Source: Lama guanicoe
Lineage: Eukaryota
Length of the DNA stretch: 64,000 bases
Assembly: GCA_013239625.1 (NCBI GenBank)
Contig: MU053304.1
Span: 2,852,001-2,916,000 of the forward strand
Reading direction: 5' to 3'
Part shown: one piece after another, positions 1 to 9,924 of the stretch
How positions within the stretch are numbered: position 1 is the stretch's first letter
Layout: each line of letters starts with the position of its first letter
Position numbers and translations under genes: made by a program
Notes under the pieces: model-generated
What the model saw: only the letters and a program-made list of their open reading frames with translations
Database searches by the model: none
What the model was told of the DNA's origin: nothing

Positions 1-344
1 ATAGTTTTGCACACACCATTTGTAGGACGTATGTTTTCAAAAGTTTCCCCATAGTCCTCATTAACAAAAGGGGGAAAAAAAAACAACTAAGCTATCCTGT
101 TCTTTTGCTTGATCTTCTTATCTGAACAAGACGTTATAGTTTCAAAATAATTTCTTGAGGTCTTGATAAAGCTGAGACTGTGAAGCAGCTTTTTGAGGTA
201 CAAAGATAATAAAGCCCTAGAGTAGTGATTAAATTCTTGAGGTCGTTGCTAATCACCACCTCTTTACTCAGAGGTAATACGTGGATTTGCAAAGCACAGC
301 ATCTGACACATGGCATATTGTTCGATACACGTTATTTTATTATG

Positions 345-402
345 TATCTACCAATAAAACTCTGTTCTACAGTTATCTATCAATAAAACTCTGTTCTACA
401 GT
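345..402. repeat. 29-bp tandem duplication (2 copies, 28/29 identical)
   Basis: tatctaccaataaaactctgttctacagt followed directly by tatctatcaataaaactctgttctacagt. Confidence 0.95.
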
Positions 403-1435
403 ACAGCCCTTTTTTATGTTAAGAAGTTTACTATTTGATTATCTTTCCTATTATAATCTAGTTTTTTTCTGTGGTATCTGCTTATGATGAAGTTTATGTT
501 TCAGTGGATATATCGGATACATTTGAGAGTTTTCTGAGTGAGAAAGTCTTCACTGAAAAAGTATTCAGTATAATTTTTCAGGATAAAAGGTTTCTGCACA
601 ACTAGCACTGAAAATAGGGAAATTGCCAGCCAGTGGTGTTTACAAATTATATCCCAAATGAAGTAACAATGCTATAATCATGTCTTTTTTCTTGATAATC
701 AAGATGAATTAGAGGATAGCTAATTTGTGGCCATTCTTTCTTCCAAGAATGAGCCACTCATTTTATGATTAATAATAAATGACCCATTTTCACTCTCTTT
801 ATTGTCACTTACTAGTACCTCACAAAAAGTACACAAACTTAGATCTGCAACATTTTCACTGATCTGAGGGCAAAATGATAGTAAAGTTTGTCAACTGTCT
901 TTTCTTAAAAAGAAATATTCTTCGTTCTTAGATAATATATCATTGTTTCCTTATATTGTTTAAATATCCTTTCTTTGAAAAACGAAGGTGAGAGCAGAGG
1001 TCATAAGGGATTTTAAATGTCCTTATTTGGGAAAATAAAAGATTGGCTGCTTTCTAATGTTATTGTTGTCGTTGTTTTACTGGTCCAGGAAATCAAAAGG
1101 TCTGGAATTCACCATTCTACAGTTACTCAGCTGCCTTTCAATATTAAAACAGGACACATAACAATGGTTTTGAAATATTTTCAAGGTTAGATAGTTGTTT
1201 CCTCTGGTACATTTATTAAAATCCTACAGTCTTAATGGGGACTTTGTAGGTCTTCCAGCCACTGATAAGATGGTGACCTATTAGATTTGCATAGATGACA
1301 TGATAAGAAAATCATGCTCTGATATCTTCAACCTAGAAAAGAAAAACATGAGTGTAGAAGGAAAAACAGTGAATTTCTTACAGAGATGGAGTAGAAGACT
1401 GTACAGTGTAGAAGAAAAATTTTGCACCTGAGACT

Positions 1436-1824
1436 TGTCAAAGATACAAGACATTTTATTTGGGCCACTGCAATAGGGGAGAGAGATATCAGTATAGAAC
1501 TGATCTCAGATCCAAATACAAAGAGAACAATTGAAGACTTATAAACATTGGACAGAGGGAGGGGGTCAGTGGTTGCAAAATTAATCAGAGGAGATATCAA
1601 GAGTAGGGGGAATCCTTGCTAAAATGGCCTGACAGGATTCTTGCTATTGGCTGACCAAGTATGTAGATATTAAGGGTGAGGGATGAGGATCTTGATCAAA
1701 TATCAAGGGTTGGGAATCTTGCTAAACTGAAAAAACTGAGCTCAGCAGGCCAAGGTCAAGATCCAGGTGAAAGGTGACTCAGAGGAACCTGACTAAAGTT
1801 TGGTCAAGGAGGGTGTATTTGTCA
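1436..1824 (-). mobile_element. ERV1-class solo LTR, MER31/MER67-like
   Basis: TG...CA termini; reverse strand begins TGACAAATACACCCTCCTTGACCAAACTTTAGTCAGGTTCCTCTGAG and carries repeated TTTAGCAAGA(A/T)TCC and CCCTTGATAT motifs typical of MER31/MER67. Confidence 0.7.
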
Positions 1825-1889
1825 ATAGACTGGTCATAAGATGAAGGTAAAAGAAATTAACACATCAAATGATTTTTAAAGCAAATCAG

Positions 1890-3262
1890 GTTTTTTTAAT
1901 TCAATTTATTTAAAATTTAATAAAAAATATAAACGATTCACCCATTTCTCCCACCCCCATCTCCCTCTTGTTAAAAAAGTACACACACACACACACACAC
2001 ACACGTGTACATATATTAGATTTCACAAAATAGATTTTATGGCATTTGTCTTTCTCTACCTGATTTGTTTCACGCAGCACAATGTCCTCAAGGTCCATCC
2101 ATGTTGCTGAAAAAGGCAAGATTTCATTCATTTTCATGGCTGACTAATAATACCCCAGTGTGTGTGTGTATTTTTGCATCCATCCGTTCACTGATGAACA
2201 CTTAAGTTGTTTCCATATCTTGGCTATTATAAACAGTGCTGCAATGAACTTGGGGTGAAGATACATTTTCAAATTAGTATTTTTGTTTTCTGAGTATATC
2301 CGGAAGTAGAATTGCTGGATCATATGGTAGTTTCATTTTTAATGTTTTGAGGAAACTGCATACTGTTTTCCATAGTGGCTGCACCAGTTTACATCCCACC
2401 AACAGTGTAGGAGAATTCCCTTTTGTTCACATTCTCTTCAACAGTTGTTACTACGCCTTTCGATTATAACCAGTCTATCGAGTATGAGGTAATATCTCAT
2501 TATTTATTTGATTTGCATTCCCCTGATGATTAATGATGTAGAGCATTTTTTCATGTACCTGTTGGCCATCTGTATGCATTCTCTGGAAAAAAGTTTATTC
2601 ATATCTACTGCCTACTTTTTAATTGGGTTGTTTGTTTTTTCACTATAGAGTTGTATGGGTTCTTCATATATTTTGGATATTAACCTTTTATCAGATATAT
2701 GATTTACAAAAATGTTTCCTATTCAATAGGTATCAATTCTGTTGATGGGTTCCTTTGCTGTGTGGAAGCTTTTTGTTTTGACATGGTCCCATTTGTTTAT
2801 TTTTGCTTTTTTTTGTTTGTTTGTTTGCTTGTTTTTGCTTTTGGCGTCAGATTTTTAAAAAATTATCTGTGAACATACTGCCTATATTTTCTTCTAGGAG
2901 TTTTATGGTTTCACGTCTTATATTCAGGTCTTTAACCCATTTTGAGTTAATTTTTGTATATGGTATAAGGTAGTGGTTCAGTTTCATTCTTTTACATGTG
3001 GCTGTTCAATTTCCCAACACCATTTATTGAAGAGAGACTGTCTTTTCCCCCTTGTAAATTCTTGGCTCCTTTGTCATAAATTAATTGACCCTATATGTGT
3101 GCATTTATTTCTGGGCTCTCTATTCTGTTCCACAGATCTATGTGTTTGTTTTTCTGCCAAGATCACACTGTTTTATAGGTTTGTAATATATGTTGCAATC
3201 AGGGTGTATGAAGCCTCCAGCTTTGTTCTTTCTCAAGATTTCTTTGGGTTTGGAGTTTATGT
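1890..3262 (-). mobile_element. LINE-1 3' fragment (ORF2 C-terminus plus 3' UTR), degraded, with internal (CA)n
   Basis: T-rich tail at left end; minus-strand peptide remnant NEILPFSATWMDLEDIVLRE; typical L1 motifs such as gtagaattgctggatcatatggtagtt and tttgcattcccctgatgattaatgatg. Confidence 0.9.
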
Positions 3263-3889
3263 TTCCAAAGAAATCAGTTTTTGAAAGACTGACCTAAACC
3301 TCTAAGCTTCATCTAACAAGTTAATCCCTTTAGCTCAGGGTAAAATAAGGACATTCAGTTTAGCAAACTTTCATTTTGAACTACACAAATGTGTAGTTTA
3401 AAACCCTCTAAATTCTAGGTTGTGGCATGTTTTTAAAGTGTCTTTAACTAGAGCAACTTGATACCTTGCTCAAAACCTCTTCTGATAGATGTGAGCTTTT
3501 ATTTTTCTTTTCAGTGTCAAGATTAAAGGATTTAGTATAAAACTCAAGAGTAGATATCCTTAATAGAATTGAAACAATCAGACCACTGGTAATTACTGTA
3601 TTTGACTGAAAGCATTCTTTAAGTGAGGAGAAGGTAAGAATAAATCTTACCTCTTAGAATCTGTTAAAATTGTCTCACTTTCACTGTGTTTACTTGACTC
3701 TTTAGCAACAATAGCAGCAGGATCCCTTTTCATTAGAACTATCCCGGGAAATCCTTTAAATTATCTTCTCGGATGTGGCTTATCTCACCATCTGTCACCA
3801 CTGCAAAAAAAATTAGCATCAAATTCAAATACCCTTTTGTGCATAATCTTTTGAGGTCAGCCAGGATGCTCAGAAAGATAAGACAAACA

Positions 3890-4350
3890 ACATTAATAAA
3901 TACTAACTGAGCATCCATCCCTGCCTAGCTCCACCCTCCGTCCTAAGGGGCTCCTGCTCTTCCAGTACTTAGAGACTCAATGGGGAGACAAACACCACAT
4001 AATTATATATCATTTTGACAAAGGCTATAGCAGGACAAGGTTCAGAGTGCTGTTGGAACACACAAGAAGAGTGTCTATCTCATTTCTTGAGTCAGGTTGA
4101 GGGTGGGAATATGTGAGTTGGGGAGAGGTGAGAGTGTGTGCATTTGTGTGTGCACTGGGCAATGCGTGCACTGGAGAGGAGTCATGGCCTCTTTGGCAGA
4201 GAGAAGGGAGGAGGGAGATGCAAGACATGATTTATAAATAAAGACCCAAAGGATAGAGTAGGAATCACCCAGGAGGAGGGAGGGGACCTGGGAAGGATGT
4301 TTCTAAAAGAAGGAATATCATGTGCAAAGGCTCAGGGGCAAAAGGGAGCA
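3890..4350 (-). mobile_element. L2 fragments
   Basis: Degenerate L2 3' motifs (tactgagcatcc..., aaggaatatcatgtgcaaaggctcagggg). Confidence 0.5.
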
Positions 4351-4379
4351 CATATTTAATTTAATATGTCAAATACATG

Positions 4380-4538
4380 CTTATCAAGTTTCAATGGGCA
4401 TATGAATCCCCTGAGTTTGATATCAGAGTGAAGATTCTGATTCAGTAGTTCCAGGGTGGAACTTGATCTCCTGGGTGTCTAACAAGTTTCCAAGCAGTAT
4501 CAACGCTGCTTGTTCACAGACCAAACCTTAAGTAGCAA
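4380..4538. mobile_element. MER5-family hAT-Charlie MITE
   Basis: gattctgattcagtagttccagggtgg...tctaacaagtttccaagcagtatcaacgctgcttgttcacagacca resembles the MER5A/B core. Confidence 0.65.
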
Positions 4539-5152
4539 CATACAGACAACTTGATTTCCAGTAACTGGACACTTTACTCTGGTGAAATAACTGAATATTC
4601 CCTAAGCCATTTTCACTACTGGTGGTGACCTACTTATTCACACTGCATGAATCATTAGTGACTGTGGTATGATGGAAACTCAGAACCTCATTCATATATG
4701 ACAGTGTTCTGCAAGAGAGTCTCCTTCTCTTCCTGTAATATTTTTAAAGTCACTACTTTAAATTCTGCTTTTGTATCTTCTCTCCCACCTTGATCTTCCT
4801 CCTCATTGAAACACATTTAGCAGTTTCAGCATGAAATCAGTCTGAAAGGATGTGCTTAATAAATACTGTCAACACTTGTCAAAATCAAAGGAAAATGTCC
4901 CAGGGAGGTATCTGCAGCCTTATGCGTTAGGAGCCAGTTATAAGGCTGCACTGTATCTTGACAGAAGTTCTTTTAATGTCAATTTGAACTCATTTTAATA
5001 AATACATGAGTTTTGTGTTCCTGCCATCTTTGCCTCATTCTGTAGCAGCAAATGTGCTGCTTCTCTAGAGACAACATAGTGCTTCTTCTTTTCAGAATAT
5101 GTAGATGACTCACTGGAATGTGTTCTCTTTTTGTGTTTTGGGGCACGAGCAG

Positions 5153-5258
5153 CAACTTGGAGTCACCCCTGATGTATGAGGTTCCGGAAGCACAGCAGGG
5201 CAGCGCTGGTGGCAGCTCCGGAAGTAGCCTGGGTAGCTCCATCAAGGCATGTAAGAAG
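5153..5258 (+). CDS. SPHKAP: SPHKAP internal coding exon (probable exon 2), 106 nt, phase 2 in / phase 0 out
   Basis: Encodes (S)NLESPLMYEVPEAQQGSAGGSSGSSLGSSIKACKK, matching the SPHKAP N-terminus as recalled (human SNLESSRMYDVLEPQQGRGCGSSGSGPGNSITACKK). Acceptor ...ttttggggcacgagCAG|C, donor AAG|GTAACC; joins in frame to the exon at 21163. Confidence 0.93.
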
Positions 5259-6629
5259 GTAACCCTGCCTAACACCACTCCTCTCCGACTGAACTTGAAC
5301 ACTAGTTTAGTTTGATTTTTCAAGTACTTTTTCTAAAGCAGAAACAGCAACTAAAACAAATGACACAATCACCCACAATTTGCTTTCCAGGATAACCCTC
5401 TGATGACATTAGAAATGTAATTCCTGGAAATGATCAGAAAACTCAAGCATTTCATAAATGCCTGATTAAAACATACTAAGCCTCCAACACCACACCTGTA
5501 TCTCCAACCTCTTCTAGTATCTCTTCCCACACTTAGTCATGGGCAACCATTTCTTCTTGAATCTCCTTTTAGAAAAATCTTCATGAGTTTTGAATAGCTC
5601 AGCTTATTATATTAAGCTCCTAAGTCTGTATCTAAGAAAGATTCCTGGAGGTTCTCCTTTTGCTCTTTTCTTAAATGGAAAGGTAAGCTTGGTTATTTTT
5701 TTAGGAGAAACAGAATTGCTTTTCCTGGAATATAGACTTTAGAACTGATAAGTAAACCTTGCTTTAAGACACTTGCAGAAAGTTGTCACTTGAACAACAT
5801 AAAATCATCTAACTTAACTGTCTCATTTTTCCAGACAATCCAACTGGAGGTCCCAAAATTTAAAACAAAATGCCCAGTTCCCCATCTAATTCTTTTGTAC
5901 TATTTGATATTAAAGTCCAGAGGAAAGTGTGTTTCTTTCCATGAAAACTTAGGGGAAATCACATTGGATTAGTTCATTTACCATAAAAAAAAGTTAAATT
6001 ATAAAAAGTACTTAGAGATGTAAATTAAGACAAATTCTTTTACTAAACTTATTGTATATGTGTATGTGTATATGTACTTATGTATACATAATGTACATTG
6101 TATATTATGTATATAGCTGTACCCAGTTAAGCAGCCTTATGTATTCTCTGCTTGTGCAATTTTGTAGTTTTCAAGTACCAAAGAAAACAAATATCAGCAT
6201 TAGAGAACATTCATTGAAATAAAAAGTAACATTAAACATAATTTTATAAAAGTATTTGTGTGCATATATTCATAACAAAATATAAAAATGAGCCTGTCTG
6301 ATTAACTAAGGGTTCTTATTATAATGTATTATATGATCCTATTCTTTCTTCTTTTATAAAATTCTTATTGAGGAGTCAGTGCTATAAATTCCAGTTTTTA
6401 ATGCAAAACACTGAAGCATTATAAGTCAAAGTGATTTTGAATTACTTATGAAAGAACTAAAGCTGCAGGTTTTCAAACCCTCTGTATTGTCTATTCAACT
6501 CTGTAACTCTAAATCAGAAAGTGTTCACCAGATGCTAGATCTTTCATACGACTAAATAATTTTTAATTTACTCTAATTTTAAAATAATTATTTTTTATTG
6601 ATTTGAATCCCTGTTGTACTTAAAAGAAG

Positions 6630-6840
6630 GATTGAGGCCAGACTGCCTGAATTTGACATCCAGTTCTATCATTACTAATTGTGTGATCTGAAGCAAATGA
6701 CCTCTTCATGCCTCAATTTGCTGATCTGAAAATAGAAGATGATAATATTACCCATTTCACAGGGTTGAGGTGAGGATTCAGTAAGTTAATAAATGTGAAA
6801 TATTTGGAACAGTGCTTGGCATATTGTAAGCCCTCAAAAT
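6630..6840 (+). mobile_element. MIR SINE
   Basis: Core motifs tgtgtgatctgaagcaaatgacctcttcatgcctcaatttgctgatctgaaaatagaagatgataata ... gtgaggatt ... acagtgcttggcatattgtaagc. Confidence 0.8.
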
Positions 6841-7168
6841 AAAGATCACCTATGACTAATATTATTCTACAGAATGATTTTATCAGCAAGAAAACAGTGC
6901 CAGAAAAAATTCAATATTGACATTACCATGCTGAGAGTGTATTTTATGATCTGCTATCTCAGTTACACTTATCTCCCTAGAAGAGAGGTATTTATATTCA
7001 TTTTTTAAAAGTCATATTTGGAAACTACTGAACTAAAAAGAGCTATTTGGCACTTGATATCTACTAGAAAAAATGAAACCAAGACTCAATCATCTATTCT
7101 AAATGACTTCATATATATATGAATATATTCATACATATATTTATTCATATATATATATAAATATATAT

Positions 7169-7626
7169 ATGAGCACCAAGACCTATGGGAAGTTTTAATC
7201 CATACAATGTGATTCTCCAAAATAGTGCATTTAAAATGATGGAACTTCAAATATTGCTGAAAAGAGAAAGAGAGTTGCTGGTGGGGAGGGGGACACTAGA
7301 ATTCCCTGTGGTACCTCTTGAAGTTGTATCTCACATAGACGTCGCCTGATGTTCCCTCCTTTTATAGGATGATTCCTCCTTACAAGACAAATACAACCCT
7401 CACTGTTACACTGAATAATAGGGACTTTCCATTAAATGGGCCAAATTATTATAAATGTTATCCTGTTATGTTTGTTAAGCACTACGTGACAGAGCTTTAT
7501 ATTCTCTTTATAATGAATCAAAATCTGTTATCTCTAGTGAAATGTTGTGTGACAAACCTAGACTTAGAATCCGAAAGTCCAGGGTTAAGTTCCAGGTTTC
7601 CCATTTTATTGTGTGATCTTAGGCCA
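7169..7626 (+). repeat. Derived copy of a ~458-bp local direct duplication (partner 9468-9924)
   Basis: Hand alignment gives about 20 substitutions and 1 indel (~95% identity); flanked on both sides by (TA)n-like sequence. Confidence 0.95.
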
Positions 7627-7714
7627 TAAATATATATGAATTTATATATATATGAAATTAAAGTTTTAAATCTAATTCTACTTTTTCCACAATTATTTCT
7701 AGAGCAACTATGAG

Positions 7715-7796
7715 TAGGTTGAACCATAAGAAATTGACTTTTAATGGATCAAATTTGATCAAATAAAGGTAATTTCATACAGTTCCAAACTAAATA
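7715..7796. mobile_element. MADE2-like ~80-bp mariner MITE
   Basis: Imperfect terminal inverted repeats taggttgaaccataagaaattg ... taatttcatacagttccaaacta around a short core. Confidence 0.7.
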
Positions 7797-9467
7797 CATT
7801 TAAAATTATGTTCGGTCTTGAGGAGAGACACAAGGATAGATCACAAATGGCCCCTTCTCTTGAAGAATTTACAGTCTAGCTTGGGAGATAATAATACTGG
7901 ATTCTCATGTGAAAAGTCAAGCAATAATTCATAAGTTAAATAATTATGTAAAATGACTATGCAGTGATATCACAAGATAATATAAATTAGGTAACAACTG
8001 AGTATTATGGGTATTAATAGTTAAGCACAGAGAGCCTGGACCTGAAAGATGAGCGGATCTTAATTTGGACTTTGAAGCATGATTAAGGTTTGAATGAGTG
8101 AAGAGAATATCCAACCAAATTTAGGAAAAGTTGCTACAAATTAAGGCAGGAGAAGTCAGCACCTATGTGTGATGGCAGTAATTTTCTAATATTCCTAGTG
8201 TGGCGTTTTCATTTTAAATATTCTCTTAAGCTTACATAATAATTACATTTAAAGGTGGTTAGTAGCCGTGTGTGCCACACATCATACACCATATGGGCTA
8301 CAGTTGTTTTCCTTGCCTTCAAAAAACTAGCTCTCCAGTGTTTCTTCTTTGCATCAAGAGCATAGGCCATCAATGAAATGCATGAATATTGAGTTTCATG
8401 CCTTTATTGTATTGGTATGTATTACTGCAAACTGATTTAAGTGTTTTTAATTGTATTAATCACAGATAACAGGACTGGAGAAATGAGGATCTGTATGTTC
8501 ATAAATGGACATATAATGTATGTTCTGTACAAAAGTAGCAAATGGAACGAGGACAGCTCTCTCTCTATCTTAGAAATAGCAAGGCTGTCCAGCTGAATCA
8601 CCACTCTTCACAGTCGATCACACTTCAATCAGAGTAGCACAGATCATTGAAATCTATCGGTAATTCCCCAAACTCATTTCATGTAATAGCTTCATCTTCT
8701 TCCCCATCAAACTTCCTTATCAGAGATGACATATTGTTAAAATAACCAGTGGAAGAAATAAAGCAAGGGTCCAGAAGGTAATGCATTCGTTGGATAATTG
8801 GCTTCTGAAAAAGTTGCAAATTGAATGGAATCTGTGTGCATCATAGTAAATCTCTAAGGGTTTTGGGAATCCAACCCAGGTGTAATTGCTTCAGCTTCTT
8901 GTTGCTGTTGGGAAAATATGGTCACTGTGGAAGCCATAACTGTGGAAAAAAATATCATCAGGAAAAAAGACTTTGGTGGACTTATTTGAAGGAGGAACTC
9001 CTTAATATAAATTTTTATCAGTGAGGGACTTTCTTTCCCCAGAGCTCAGATGACCATACCATCCAGTCATAGCTACATATATTGTCCTGGCATTTTATTG
9101 ATAGACACTCCCTCTTTGTTCTCAAAAGTCCACTGGTATCCAGTGTTATATGATTTTCCTAGCTCTAGCTTCAGAATTATTTTTTCTCTTCCTTCTTCCC
9201 TTCTTCTGAGTGCTAAGAAAGTCATCAGATAAATTCACACTGAAGTGTTAGTGGTTCTGTAGCTTAATGTAGCTGTGATGAATCAAATCTGGTTTTACTT
9301 AACTACGACTAACTACTATGGCTGAACTAACACTGTTGCCCCCTCCCTTAACTGACATTGACAACTGAGTCTTCTCAGCCTGGACATGTCTTCACAATTC
9401 TACTCATTACAAAGTATCAGTCCACCTACGCTGGAATGTAAGCTAACCTCTATGTCACCTTAACTGA

Positions 9468-9924
9468 ATGAGCACCAAGACCCACGGGAAGTTTTAATCC
9501 ATACAATGTGATTCTACAAAATAATGCATTTAAAATGATGGAACTTCAAATATTGCTGAAAAGAGAAATAGAGTTGCTGGTGGGGAGAGGGGCACTAGAA
9601 TTCCCTGTGGTACCTCTTGAAGTTGTATCTCACATACACGTCGCCTGATGTTTCCTCCTTTTATAGGATGATTCTTCCTTACAAGACAAACACAACCCCA
9701 TTGTTACACTGAATAATAAGGACTTTCCATTAAATGGGCCAAATTATTATAAATGTTATCCTGTTATGTTTGTTAAGCACTACGTGACAGAGCTTTATAT
9801 TCTCTTTATAATGAATCAAAATCTATTATCTCTAGTGAAATGTTGTGCAACAAACCTGGACTTGGAATCCAAAAGTCCAGGGTTAAGTTCCAGGTTTCCC
9901 ATTTTATTGTGTGATCTTAAGCCA
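9468..9924 (+). repeat. Source copy of the ~458-bp duplication; its right end runs into a MIR that continues to ~10035
   Basis: Same sequence as 7169-7626; MIR-like sequence (cctggacttggaatcc...tgtgatctt...ctcaataaatattagtt) extends beyond the shared block only here. Confidence 0.93.

Noticed and set aside
4979..5323. 114-aa minus-strand ORF, and likewise 21028-21282 and 59243-59470
   Set aside because: Antisense shadows of SPHKAP exons with no independent coding evidence.
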